Source: Oopsacas minuta (lineage: Eukaryota > Animalia > Porifera). From it: a stretch of DNA of 64,000 bases. The stretch covers positions 6,015-70,014 of the forward strand of contig JAKMXF010000346.1 of NCBI GenBank assembly GCA_024704765.1, read 5' to 3'. The notes below the pieces were generated by a model. That model saw nothing but the letters and a program-made list of their open reading frames with translations, did not search any database and was not told where the DNA came from. This document shows positions 14,130 to 28,067 of this stretch, piece after piece; position 1 is the stretch's first letter; each line of letters begins with the position of its first letter. A program made the position numbers and the translations under genes.

Positions 14130-17100
14130 CCCACATGTATCAGATTTTGTATCAGAATTATGAAGTAGTAAGATATATGTCAGTACATTTTATGGTTGTA
14201 TTTTATCATGGATATAATTAATTACTATAGATGTATACTATCATGTATACAATTAATCCACCAAACACTGATTGAGCGATTTTTCAAGCGCTTGATATCC
14301 GTCCAACTCCTTATAGATTTTTTGAGCTCTATCAAAAAATTATTGAAATATTATAGATTTTGCCTGTCCTACACTCATAATGACTAAAATTTAATTATTT
14401 ATTTAATTATTTGATAAAACATGAAAGTTGAGGTGGGGCCTAAATTCCGTAGTAGAATCAATTTTCAGGTGTACCAAATTTGTTATTATAGACCCAACGC
14501 TACAGTTCATGTAATTTCAGTCCGTAGATTAGTGCAATGTATATCTCTGAGATCGAAACGAATTCGGATGCCCTTATATTTTTGAAGGGGTACCAATCCA
14601 GGCTCCATAGTGGGCTACTAGGGTGCATTAGGCCAAATTCTGACCTTCAATTTATACCATTTTGAATTATGAAATAGAATCAAGATATGTTTAATGAGCA
14701 ATATGGAAAGTATCAAATGAAATAATTAAGTATTCCCATTTTTTGATCAATCAAATGTAAGACTGCATTGAAATATTCTATGTTTATAAATCCGTTATAT
14801 AAATGACAGAAACTATTTCAGTAATCTATTGAATTTATGATGCATACTATTGTCCATCTACATGCTTTCCAAGCAAAGTCAGTGTGCTGAATTTGAATAT
14901 ATCATTCATTTTCTTCAGGAACGAAAAGTTTAATCAAATAATACGGATACAATATTTTGAAAAGTTTGTAAAATTTCTCTCGGCCATATGCTATCCTGTT
15001 GGCAGCAAAATTGTTTCCACTAGTTTCCACCCTGAATTTTAGTATGTATTGTCAAGTAATATATGCATTATATTAAAAATCCAAATGCCGGTTCATTGCG
15101 GTACATATTAAATTTTGTCCAAATTCATTCTAACATCTACATTGATATGGTACAATATACTGTAATTACATAGTCATTTTAAACCAATATACAGCAGTAG
15201 TTATTTATATACGTATACTGCATATTATGAGGTAGTATACAAGTTCATTAACTTGATAACCTAATGAACCTCTACTTATCAATTTAAGATGGCTGAAACA
15301 ACAATATTATCTGAAAGCGCGAAGACATGTCTTGGTTTGGCTATCATATTAAAGGCTAATAACTATGATATCATTCAAGCAGCAGATGAAAAGACATTCT
15401 GTATACTCAGATGAAAAAGATATTCTGCATACTCTCTAATGTCTATAAGTTCATCTAATGTCAGAAAGAGTAAGAAATCAATTGAGTTTAGATAGTGAGG
15501 TGGAGTGCAAGTGTTCCATGGATCCCTATTAAACCCAAGAGCACCCAATCATTTCTTTCTGTTTCAGGCTGTGATGTAGAAAGTGGTGTTATCTTGATTC
15601 CAAATGTACAGAAGAGAAAATCAATTGATGATATTCAAGTTCGTTCTAAAATCTCTGGCTTGATCAGGCTGGGATACTTACTTCCATCCGTCAGTTAGCA
15701 CAACTTGAAAATATTACTGTCATTCGCTACTTTGCTATTCCCTTGATATTGTAGCTGTAGAATAAATTAGTTTAATCGCATCGCAAATATTGCTTGGGAA
15801 ATCGATAACGAAGAATCGATACCAACCCTCAGTAACATAGTTTCAACAGAAAAATCAACATTAATAGCATATCAACTTAAGCTGGGAAATGGAGAGATCT
15901 TAAATATTATCTTCAATCAGAGGGTTCGATTTGGCGACTTGGGAAAAAATTAGTGAAATTCGATAATTAATTGTTCCAACATTCAACTGGTATCCAAGGG
16001 TTTCCAATCCTATAGGGGTTAAGGTATCATGCTCATCACAAGTAATTTCTCTCTTGACCGGTTGTTAAAAGCATGTGTGATAAATTTTCCCGCACCACAC
16101 TTCTATCCAGTAGCACTAAAAATCAAGCATAGGCTAGATGATTCTGGATCTCATTCCTCTTCTGGGTTATTGTCAGACCAGAATATAGGCCGATCATATT
16201 GTATTGTCTTTATGGTTTATCCCTTCAGGTAAAAATCGATTCTTGAATGTTCTGTGAGAAAATCGGCATCCTAGCTCGTGTTTTTCAAGCCAACCAGTAG
16301 CACTTATTTGCCAAAATGAGACTATTAACACTGTTATAGATTTGAGCAAATTACTAACCCTGAAATTGTTGCAAGTAATGAGAATGTTTGTGATCTCCTA
16401 AATGGCCATGTTAACGTATAAATCCAATCTTCAATGTTTGATGGCTAAATCTTAGCAACGATTGCAGGTAAAGGAGGAGCACCATGTACTGTATGCAAAG
16501 CTACCCGAAGTGATATAAATAGTATTACTAAAAGTTGTCTTCGGGTTTCCCTTGGCTTATTCGATAGAGGATGTCAGAGAGACAATCCGTCAGTTAACCT
16601 CTGATGAAAAGAACTGATGAGCTACAATAAAAAGCAACGGTATGGGATTACACACGGACTGCAAGTGGCATTGATTGTTTCCTACAGCAACTTTGCATTT
16701 TTATTAAGCACTTTAGATTGATTCTTGAACTTCATCTCCCTAGTTGCAGCAGAAAAGTCCAAGTTGACTGAGGATCAAATGGTCTTATGAACATATGTTG
16801 CGACCAACCAGAAGGAAGTGGGAACACAAGCACTGATAACATGGCAAGAACATGTTTTTAATATAAAAACCGTGTTTTGGATCGCTTCATCATTGGTATC
16901 TAATGTTTACAGTGATGCTCTAACAGAGATTCACAAGAATTTATCTGCATTACTCGGAGTTGCATATAGTAGTAAAGTTGCCGACGTAGACAGATTTCGT
17001 GTGTTAAGTTAAGAAACCTACTTACTGATCTTACAAACCCTTCCCTGGGTATCTATTAGCAGTATATACACTCCACAAATTTTTGGCTCAAGCCGATCAG

Positions 17101-17252
17101 TTTATTGAGGGAAATGACAGGGTAGGATTGTGTAGTCTTTCTAAAGAAGGGTTTGAATGAGGACATAAATTGATCAGAGAGTTCTCAACACATTTGAGCA
17201 GGAAATGGGATTTTCCAGGTGGGGTAAGTGAGGGTGCAATGAGGGTCTACAT

Positions 17253-20200
17253 CAGGGCTCGTAAAACTCCGACCCGTGGGCAAGATGTGGCGAGCGAGGT
17301 GATTTTATCCCGCACTCGACTTTTAGAGTAATTATTCTACTTTTCAGGCTCCTTCAATTATAATCCAAAATTGTATAAGGAACACTTATAATGGCCCCTA
17401 TGACAATTCTTTTGTAAACACCTATTATGAGCTCTCCGGTATTTGGTGGCCATATTGAAGAATGGATGAATGGAATGAATGTGTTAGTGATGCCACACAA
17501 ATGTATTCTGACACTATTTGGATTTGATCTCAGCATAATATAGTATGCATAATTGTAGATAAATACATATAGTTCAAGTTTCAATACTCAGATCAAATTT
17601 TCAAATTCATTGTGAATTAGATAATGGCATCAACATCAAAAAATGGCGGAAAGTAGATCTCTGAAAATCGCGTCTTTAAGGAAAGTTGGACAGTGCAATA
17701 TTTTTTTATCATGCAGGTTAAAATACCCACCTGCCCTTTATGTGCTGCATCCTTTGCTGTGATAAAGGAGACCAATTTGAAGCGACACTACGAGACGAAG
17801 CATTCGAGAAATTTCGATTTTTTCTTACTGGTGCCACTCGAAGGAATAAGATCGAATCTCTGCAAAGGTCTTTAACTGAGCAACAGAATCAATTCTCACA
17901 GCATACTTCTGAATTAAAGAATACTACACATGCTAGTTTCGCTGTTAGCGAACTCATTGGGGAACGCATGAAACATTTCACTGATGGTGAATATGTGAAG
18001 GAGTGTTTTCTAACTGTGGTTGGTATTATATAACCAGAAAAAAGAGATCTTTTTGGTAAGATTAGTCTGTTTACAAGAACCGTTATCCTAAGAATTGAAG
18101 ATTTGTCTTCAGATGTCCGGACAACATTACAAGAGTGTACTCAACAATTTGAATTATATGCAATTGCACATGATGAGAGCACTGATACGACTGATATTGC
18201 TCAGGTTTGCAATTTTTTGTGAGAGGAATCAATGCAACGTTTGACATTACAGAAGAAATGACAAGTTTGGTTTCACTAAAGGATACCACTACTGGTGAGA
18301 ATATATTCTAAGGAATGATGAGTGTCATAGGTAGCCTGTGCTTAATTCTAAGTAATATTTGTGGGGTAACGACGGATAGTGCTCCAGCTATGATCGGAAA
18401 GGTGAAGGGAACAGTTTCTTTGATAGAAAAAGAAATGGGAAATGTTGGCATTGAAAAAAAACTGGCAAAACACATTCTATGATCCATCTCGGGGTCTTGT
18501 ACACAAAACCTCTGAAGATGCAGGAAGTAATGCGGGCAGTCTTAAAATTGTGAACTTTATGCGTGCAAGAGGATTATATCATCGTCAATTTCAGCCTACG
18601 TTAGAATATATGGATGACCAATGTGTCGATTTTGTTATATTATCGCCAAGTGCGCTGGTTAAGTAGAGGTGCATGTTGCAAAGAGTTTTCCAGTTGGGAG
18701 CTGAATTGAGGAATTATTTGAGGGAAAAGGGATGGAAGTTCCAGAGCTCAGTGATGCGAAATGGATGGCAGATTTGCCTTTTGGGTGGACATCACTAATC
18801 ATCTCAATATGCTAAATTTGAAAATACAAGGAATGAACCAGTTCATCAATGTCCTCTATGAACACATTTATGCATTTGAAGTTAAGTTACAACTATGTGA
18901 GCTTCAATTGAAAGAGAGTAATTGTATTCATTTCCCTACACTTTTTCACACCAACCATGTGATGTTTCTTGTTACGCCGAATTCATATCTGATGTCAAAG
19001 ATCAGTTTAACACTCGGTTCGCAGATATGGGTAAGCATCGTAAGTATTTTAGTAACTTCACCGACGTATTTGATGTTAAAATATATGACGCCCCAGAATA
19101 TCTTCAAATTGAACTGATTGATCTCCAAAGCTCGAGTGAGCTCAGGTCCAGATTTCGAGATGTACCTTTACTCAAATTCTATCAACATTGTACAGGGTTA
19201 GGCATAGGTTCTGCGCCAAACTTCTCAAAGTTAATATCCCTAGTATTTTCTATCATACATTTTTTCTATGGGTTGTAGAATATACTTAGAGCATACATAC
19301 TCAATTTTTTCATTCCAAATCTTTTCTAAACAGCGAATTCTTTTATGGAGGGCCAAAATCCAAACGCCCTGCAATTTTGGAATTATATACAGAGGGGAAG
19401 ACTGTCAAAGAGATAACGAAAGCGCTCTCAGTTACCAAATAGACTGTGTATAGGACGATCCAACGTTTCAACGAAACAGGTGAGACGTCTGACAGACCTA
19501 GATCAGGTCGACCTCGATCCATACGCACACCATTGTTGAAAAAATCGGTCAGGGAGAAGATCAGATACAACCCCAAGAGAAGCGTCCAGAAAATGGCTAA
19601 TGAATGCAATTGCTCTACGCGAACGATGGGAAGGTTAGTTCATGACGATTTAGGACTTAAATCATACAAATTTAGAAAGGCACAGCTATTATCTGATGTC
19701 AACAAGAAGAGGAGGATAGAGAAATGTAAGAAACTTCGAGAGCGGTTAGAGATGGCAAACACCTTGATATTCTTTTTACAGATGAAAAGTTATTCACCGT
19801 TGAATGCAGTTTCAACAGGCAAAATGATAGAGTTCTCTGCTCCACTTAAAAAGGGATATCTCCAGTTGCAAGGATAGTTAAACGAACCCAAAAACCTACT
19901 TCTGTTATGGTTTGGGGCGGGATCACAGCTACTGGTCGGACCCCCCCCTCGCGTTCATTGATCAAGGTGTCAAAGTCAACACTGAAAAGTATATTCAAGA
20001 CATATTAGAAGGCGAATTAGAACCTTGGGCTACCACGCATTTTCAAGGAAGGCATTGGATCTTTCAACAGGACTCAGCTCCTGCTCATAAGTCCAAAGCA
20101 ACCCAAACCTGGTTAAAGGACCATTTTCCAGAGATTATCTCCCCTATGGAATGGCCAGCTTCATCTCCTGATCTAAATCCGATGGACTTTAGTATTTGGT

Positions 20201-20941
20201 CAATTCTGGAGAGCAAGGCTTGCGTTAAACCCCACAAAAGTCTGGAGGCTCTCAGAGCATCATTAGTTCGGGAATGGCATCTGATACCACAGAAAGTGCT
20301 GTCTGCCTCAGATTGTTTCTATAAACGTCTGAGCTCATGTATTCAGGCAAAGGGCGATATATTTGAAGGGCTAGTATAGGATATATACAAAACTATGTGA
20401 AAACCTTGAATCACAATTATTTGATAAGTTTGAATACCATTGAATTGAATATACAACGATAACTGAGTTGCAGAACTTATGCCTACCCTGTATAACTCCT
20501 CAAAGATTTCCTTCACTAGTGCAACATACAAAGGAGGTTGCAGTTCCTTTCGGGAGCACATACGTTTGTGAACAACCTTCTCAAAGATGAAATACATATA
20601 ACGCAACTTCCGGACACGGTTAAGCAAAAATCGCCTAGACAGTGTGCTACGATTGGCAACCTCTAACCTACAACCAGACATAGAAGCGCTATCCAAAGTA
20701 GGGCAGCATAATCCATCACATGAACATTAATATTATTGTATGTCTAATTTTACAATGCAAAATAATTATCATAACAATAAATATTCTAAATCTAATTATG
20801 TAATACTTGTATAATGATGGTACTTAATCAATCGATTAATTACAAAAATCTAAACGACTTTTCGATGGTATCCCATCTGGCCCACAGTCCAATGTAATTT
20901 GCCTATTTTGGCCCGTTGGCTGGAAAGTTTGCCGATCCCTG
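17253..20941 (+). mobile_element. hAT (Buster/SPIN, GTF2IRD2-like) element, decayed, with nested maT
   Basis: TIRs CAGGGCTCGTAAAACT and AGTTTGCCGATCCCTG; 8-bp TSD GTCTACAT / CTCTACAT (7/8). Fragments KETNLKRHYETKH, HDESTD, VTTDSAPAM, FWVDITNHLNMLNLKIQG and FGSTYVCEQ. Confidence 0.9.
19193..20490 (+). mobile_element. Tc1/mariner-superfamily DD37D (maT/mori-like) element, frameshifted
   Basis: TIRs CAGGGTTAGGCATAGGTTCTGC and GCAGAACTTATGCCTACCCTG with TA flanks. In FQQD...PDLNPMD I counted 37 residues between D2 and D3. Removing the element restores the hAT frame (YQHCITPQRFPSL). Confidence 0.92.
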
Positions 20942-21463
20942 CTCTACATCTATGGTTGTCCAATTTGGAATGGAAAATTCTGAAAGATTATTTGTTCCAC
21001 TTGCGGTCAAGTAGGCCATTAATTGAATTGTCGAAAAAAACAGGCAAGTAAAAAAATTACAAATAAATTGAGAATGAAGATTCTCCTCTTCAAAATTCCA
21101 TCAATGAACTCTTCTTGTATTTAACATTCATTCATCAATAAGATTCTCATATGTTAGTTAATCTTCAGTTACCACAGTATATTAATATGTTTAATTGCCT
21201 TCGAATAACAAATAAGTTAAGCGAATATCTATATAGTAATTAAGATTACGTCATATATTGAAAATCTGATGTGATACAACAAAATTGAAATCAACAAACT
21301 AATCGCAATATTCGACTTACTATACAGAAATAATGCATTATATAAGCCAATCTACAATTGAACGTGTAAACCTATTACTAGTAATTCGCAATAATAGCAC
21401 ACAGTGGGGCTCTACACCCCTCTTTTGTCACTGAATTACTATGGTTGAATTTTGACATATATA

Positions 21464-22381
21464 CAGCCAGGGGACAAAAGTATTCGACCACACAAATATA
21501 TTGTCATAAATTGTATACTCTTTCCCGCTCCTATATATTGTGTAGTCTATATTCGTAGCTGCTATCTAGTAATTTGTATAGAATAACATATGTTTTTCAA
21601 GAATTTCAAAAAAATATTTTAGATTGACACTTTTTGAAGGTGTTAATTATTAGTAATTATTAGATAATTATTGATAATCAAAATATGTGGTAATTCAAAA
21701 CCTATTAAGAATCTATAATTTCTGACTTGATATTTGAATTCTACGTAGGCGAGTTACCCCAGATTGAAATTTCCAATCGGATTGAACAATTTTTACCAGA
21801 GTTATAGATGAATTTCAATTTTGTGCCATTTGTGCCACCTTTTGCCCAAGGTGGCACAAGTGGCCGCTACCAAGAGGTTATTTTGGAATTCAAGGGTTAG
21901 CATAGTCATATCATTCGAAAATATTACTTCGACTTATTCCTCCTAACCCTAGTTGATTTCCTTGTAGTGGCGCTTTTTCCTGCCACCTGTGCCACTTTTT
22001 TCAAAAAGTGGCACAAGTGGGACAAATTGAAATTCTTTTATAACTTTGGTAAAAATTGTTCAATCCGATTGGAAATTTCAATCTGGGGTAACTCGCCTAC
22101 GTAGAATTCAAATATCAAGTCAGAAATTATAGATTCTTAATAGGTTTTGAATTACCACATATTTTGATTATCAATAATTATCTAATAATTACTAATAATT
22201 AACACCTTCAAAAAGTGTCAATCTAAAATATTCTTTTGAAATTCTTGAAAAACATATGTTATTCTATACAAATTACTAGATAGCAGCTACGAATATAGAC
22301 TACACAATATATAGGAGCGGGAAAGAGTATACAATTTATGACAATATATTTGTGTGGTCGGATACTTTTGTCCCCTGACTG
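21464..22381. repeat. 918-bp foldback element/MITE with ~375-bp near-perfect inverted arms
   Basis: CAGCCAGGGGACAAAAGTATTCGACC... (21464) mirrors ...GGTCGGATACTTTTGTCCCCTGACTG (22381). About 4 mismatches in the outer ~335 bp, TA on both sides, and no ORF. Confidence 0.95.
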
Positions 22382-22997
22382 TATATAGTTAAAGGACAAA
22401 GGTATTCCACGATTTCATAATTGCATATATTTTGTTATATTCTTACTCGCCCATGTAACTAAGATATTCTTATACATTGATATCCATCGATCTACATAAT
22501 TTCTATGCTTTACAACTAATAGTTATTTTATACATCAGAGTAATTAGATTCTAGTTGCTATATACTTGCGTATATCATACTTACCAACCCCTTGTAACTG
22601 TTTCTTGGATATTTTCCCCGAAATATCTTTCCTTGGATATTTATTCCTTGCAAATTGTAGATTTCCTTATTTATGGGGAAAAACACCTCGAATTTTCCAC
22701 TATACCCCCTGGAATATTTCAGGAATGTTTTAAAAATATGTTTCTAGAAAGAATTATTCAGAAAATTTATAATTCTTTTATGCCTTGTAAAACGTTCCAT
22801 TTTAAATATTGCCAATATCAACACAAATTGAATTATGAAATCATCAATAGGAATATTTAAAACAAATATCAGATATTGTAATTCCAATTTTGACTTGTTG
22901 AGAACTGTAGAGCGATGAATGACAATTTTAATGAATATCCAATTAATACTCGAGAATCGTTAATCTTATGGCAACATCAGAATAGTCAATTTACACT

Positions 22998-23157
22998 ATT
23001 CACCCGACATAATATGCCTTTGTAATACATTATGATATGATATCTCGTACCAATGTGATGATTTCTATTCGTATCTTGTCATTTGCAAGATTGCGCAATT
23101 TTCTAGCATGATTTCATACCAAAATGTATTACAAAGGTATGAGAGGACGGGTATATA
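22998..23157. repeat. Short MITE family copy 1 (TTGTAATACAT.TGATATGA ... TCATA.CAAAATGTATTACAA inverted ends)
   Basis: Internal inverted repeat shared with the copies at ~26752 and ~28068. Confidence 0.65.
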
Positions 23158-23478
23158 GTATAAATTAGCTATTCTGAATTTACCATAGTTTCAACAATTA
23201 TCGAATTATAATTAGCTTTTTAAATCCCGGATCTCTATGCTATTCCACCCTGGGATTGATTTTTCAATCCCGAGATCCGGACCACAAGCTCAATTACTAT
23301 TATTCCATGTTGATTCTCTACAATATTTATGTAGCCTTTTGTCAACTTGTGCTAGTTATCTAACTGAGAATTCTGCCACATTTTGAAATTATTGTTCATT
23401 AGACACAATTTGATTTTGTTATATTTCCTAGTTAATATTCTCGTTAATATTTTTAGTTAGGTTCACTTGCTAATTCTG

Positions 23479-23619
23479 ATGGCTTTGTCAGATCATGCTA
23501 CTCCAGAAAGTACATATATTATGGTAAAACCCGATGGAGTCCAACGCGGTTTAATAGCGGATATCATTAAGAGATTTGAACAGAGAGGGTATAAACTTAT
23601 TGCCCTCAAGATGATTCAG
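23479..23619 (+). CDS. ndk: Nucleoside diphosphate kinase (group I NME/Nm23), first coding exon, 47 aa
   Basis: [47 protein letters not shown] is the canonical NDK N-terminus. It ends CAG|GT in phase 0, matching my recollection of the conserved NME intron after the K..Q motif. Confidence 0.93.
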
Positions 23620-24081
23620 GTTCCATTTTTATATGATATACTTTTTCGTTTTGTGTTTATAGATTTATACAAACTAGAGCGCTTTTTTTCCTCACACTTC
23701 TTAGTATACATTAGCTAAACTAGTCCTAAACCAGCTGCGAATTTTTGTACAGTTATGTTGACCACCCAATCTTTTGGTACCCGGGGCGGATTATTATTTT
23801 GGCACCCTTATTTTTAGTATCTTAGTTATTTGTAGTAATTCCTTTTTCAGATATTGTGTTCCTAACATTTCTTACATTCCGTACTTTTGAAGATTTAATA
23901 CAATATAATGCGCTTAGTAGATATGAGATTGAGCAGTGCAGGAAATTTGTCTGGACTGTCTACCACCAGACTGGATTTTCCAAATCGACAAGGTTAGCGT
24001 GGTATTGGGAATCATTTTCCTTATTTTTGGGAAAACTTATGGGAGTTCTCATTTGATGAAGCCTTAGCAATGCCCTTATGG

Positions 24082-24512
24082 TAGGGGTTCCCAACCTTTT
24101 GTAGCCCATGTTCCTACTATGCAAAATGGATATTCAATGCGTACTCCCATTGCAAATTCCAACTTTCATTACCATTATATATTGAATGAGAATATACTAA
24201 TTAGGTTTCTTTGGTAAAAGTTATATGAATTCATTTGTTATTTCAAAGGTCTATTACTTGACAAAAATTAATACCCAATTATGTGTAATAGAAAAGTAAT
24301 AAAATCATTGTGTCTAAGTTCATATTCTACGTGATATAATATTACTATTGCAAATCTTCTGTCAATTTATACATTTAGATTATTTTCAAATTACATGGTA
24401 TCATAATTACAAATTTGAAATAATATTCGTAAATGACTCAACCTTGTCGCGTACCCCCTAGAATATCCTGGCATACCCCAGGGGTACACTTACCACAGGT
24501 TGGAAACCCCTG
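24082..24512. mobile_element. Non-autonomous hAT MITE, 431 bp
   Basis: TIRs TAGGGGTTCCCAAC and GTTGGAAACCCCTG; exact 8-bp TSD CCTTATGG at 24074-24081 and 24513-24520. Confidence 0.92.
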
Positions 24513-24829
24513 CCTTATGGGGATCCAAATGGGAAACCCATGGCAATTCCAAAGTGGGAAAACGAAAGTTAATTCCCATATAAGAGAAATAATTGTACTT
24601 GGTGCATTCAAAAAGTTCCCACCCTTAGTTTATAGCAACCAAACTCTACTCGATTAAATGAGATGCATAGTGTCATAGTATATCCTAATAGTCTTATCGA
24701 TTACCTGATTAATGCTGTTGAGCAATTCACTCTAGCTATTATCTATCTTGATCTATCCTACTTTCATTTTTACCAATTTTCGAAAGTAAACTTTTTCATG
24801 GTTTCAAAACACATATCAAGCAAAATTGA

Positions 24830-25870
24830 ACAACGAGCTACATAAAGATTCGTGCCGTACTCGGAGAAAACCACTTCAGATACACTAGGATCTCGACACC
24901 GTTTATCATGGGGAAATTCTAGCGTATCCCACTGTAAAGGAATGGGCAAGTAAATTAAAGGCTGATAGAGGCAGCATTAGAGATGACCCACGGACCGGAA
25001 GACCAATTTCAGCGGGTCCCCTCAAATTGCCTATGAAATTCTTGAACTATTGGATATTGAGCCTCATTTGGGCGTTGAAGAGATTACCCTATCCTTGAGA
25101 TCTCATTTGGAAGTGTTCATACAATTCTACACGATTATCACGAATGTCGTAAGATTTCAGCGTGATGGTTGCCAAAAATCCTAACAAAGGGGCTAAAAAA
25201 GAAGAGGGTTTTATCCGCGAAACAATTGCTTAAAGAATATAGAAATTGTAATTCTTGAAAGTTATATAAAATCGGTAATGGTGACGAAAGTTGGATTAAA
25301 TTTTCTGAACCTCTGCATAAGTAACAAAGCAAAATCATGGCCCTCCAAAGGTTCTTATCCCACGAAAAGGCACGTCCAGACTTCCGAGACGTTTAGGTTC
25401 TCTACAGCATGTTTTTGATTTGTATGAGGCTAGTGGCTCAAACACATGCGCCTACATGTGAACGAATCAATGGAGAATTTGAAGTAGATAAATGCATGAG
25501 AGAAGTCGAGAAAGTCTATAACACACGATGTCCGCGTACAGGAACTCGATAAATCAAACTTCTCAACGTTAATGCCAAATCTCATGTTTCAAAATACGTT
25601 AGCTTTGTCATTGAGGATTCGTTGTTTGAAACGATGGAGCATTCTCCCTTTCCCCAGATCTATTGCCTTTTGATTTCTGACTATTTCCTGAGCTGACAAA
25701 ACATCTCGCTGGATGGCTATTTCATACCTGATAAGAGCTAGGAAACGGAATTTATCACTAGCTCAATTCAGTGGACAGAGACGAGCATAAATTCACATTT
25801 TCGAAGTGGATTGATAGGCTACGACTATCAATAAATAGATGTAGGCGGAGTATTTCGAACATTTTATGTA
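24830..25870 (+). pseudogene. Decayed mariner transposase
   Basis: YIKIRAVLG..., YPTVKEWASK..., DDPRTGRP, GDESW, HSPFPPDL and a G.YFE-like end, with many stops and frameshifts. Confidence 0.75.
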
Positions 25871-26751
25871 GAAATTTGGTTAGTATTATGTTGTAGTGTC
25901 AAGACATTAAACAATGATGGGAACTTTTTGAATAGTAATAATGCATTCTCTGCACTATTCCAGGTCCCTTCTCTTGAGATTAATGAACTCTTTTTTCCCT
26001 TCACCCCATTGGTGAAACCCAGCAGGAATTCCTATTTGAGATAACCCACAGCTTCCGAAGCTATAGCCTGCTCATATTCACAGTTTATTATTTCCTTAAT
26101 GAAGGATTTTTTCGAGTCTATTAATTGTTGGTATTACCGTTTTCTCTTGCGGAAATTTATCTCTAATACTTTGGACAAAAACATTACTTTTACCCACAAT
26201 GATCATATGAAATTTATCGAAAAACGATCGCTATCATTTTGTAAACACGATCGTAATCGCGATTCTTGTTCTCACGATCGACTAATGAATGCCCCGTGTA
26301 TCTATATTTGCATCTTTTGTTTGTTCTCGAATATCAATATTCGGTGGCCAACCTATTTCGTCCCTCATAATACATAAACCGCTAATTGAAATTTTTCTTA
26401 TCATTCAAATTTGATCTAAGTTGGGTCATTCCCCACCCCCATGCCATATTTCAAGTTTGTAATCCAATTTCTCAATCAATTCGAACTAACAAAATTAATA
26501 AGAATTTTAATAAAAAAGATTAAATAATGTGAAACATAAATCAAGAATATATAATACAACACATTTATTAATTTTCCGAGTTGCGTCATTTTTTATGGTT
26601 TCTAACAATTGGACATTTTTAATTTTGAATTCCTGAACTATTTATCAATACAATCATGGATAATATAACGAATGACAGTAGTCTGAAAAACTATTATATC
26701 AAGCGACAGTAACAATAAAATGATTCTAACAGATGTAAACACCTCATTTAT

Positions 26752-26905
26752 AGTGTATTTATATGATTTCCGATACCCTTGTAATACATATTGATATGAT
26801 ACCTACGCTAAAACAATGTCATATATGGTGATATTCAGGATTCCGTCATACTAGTAGGAGATATATCGAAATGTATTAAAGGATGTGAGAAAACGGGTGT
26901 ATACT
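26752..26905. repeat. Short MITE family copy 2
   Basis: CCCTTGTAATACATATTGATATGA ... ATATCGAAATGTATTAAAGG...CGGGTGTATA. Confidence 0.55.
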
Positions 26906-28067
26906 TTAAATTTGCAATAGCCGACTTATAAATTTATATATTTAAATAATTTCCGTCCATGAGACTCACTGCTAAGATTATAACTCAAGAACATGCAATT
27001 TTTCATATGTTTACAATACCATCATTAGTTCCTTCCATACATTAATTTGGAATCAAAGATGCGAAATTACTTGCTTACATGTCATCAAAGATTACGCAAT
27101 TTCTCCGAATAATGCTACTAATCAACGAAATTGACACATTTTTTACTTTTTGATTTGGATATATGATATTCTTCTACATATCTGTAATACATTTACTTAG
27201 GCATAAATGCACTGTTTGTGCAATGTTAACCATTCCGTGTACTATTAGAATGTTCAACGTACACTAGCATATCCCTAGTGCAAATATTCGCAGCTGATGG
27301 TAAGCCATATATTATATCTCTTGGTGTTGGCTTGAAATTCATCATCTACCAATTTACCCACAGATTCATCACCATGACCCATTAGTCATGACCTATCTAC
27401 TGAGGCATTGTCACACATCACCATGACTGATCACCGATTTGGAATTTGGAAATCTGTTCGAGATAGCGATTTTCCGAGTTAAGATAGTACTACAAGTACA
27501 ACTATATATTATATCCCTTGATGTTGGCTTGAGATACATCATCGCCCTATATACCCATTGACCCATTAGCCATGACCGATCGATATGACTGTATTTAATA
27601 ATTAAATAGACCTGGTAAGGGGGATTAATAACATCGCTGACACAGTTTAATTGTTATAGAATCATTGCTAGAAACCTTAGTAATGCGACTGTACTTGAGA
27701 ATATAGACTCGATATGGTACGTTGACTTCTGGACGGAACCTATGCACTCTAACGGTCAGTAGAGATACAGTACATTTACTGTCCCAACTATACTTTTCTA
27801 TATGACTCAGTTTTTATCTTAATTTTCTTTGTTTGTTCGTATCCGTTCTACAGCCTCAATGTTCAAGATTGAGAGCTGAAAGTTTGTCAACAAGTTTATT
27901 GTCACCTATAGATTTGTACCTCAGCATACCATTTTGCATTATTTTTAACTTCCCAATGAAATGATATTAACCGATTACTGTCGAAGTTTACGTTCGTTTT
28001 GTATGAATATCCAATGATAATTCCATAATAGTTAAAGTTATTGTCAAATCAGTGTTGTCTATTTATA

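Larger units (their letters stand above)
15290..21040 (+). pseudogene. Second, older Transib/RAG1-like transposase relic, interrupted at 17253-20949 by a hAT insertion
   Basis: RLDDSGSH (~16130), SMFDG*ILATIAGKGGAPCTVCKAT (~16430-16510), LHKFLAQADQFIEGND..GL.SLSKEGFE*GHKLIREF...LSRK (~17070-17205) and, after the insert, CSTCGQVGH (20993-21019). All are colinear with the 35762-40183 transposase. Confidence 0.75.

Noticed and set aside
27300-27585. Imperfect ~200-bp-period local duplication
   Set aside because: Only two diverged partial units; no structure suggesting function.
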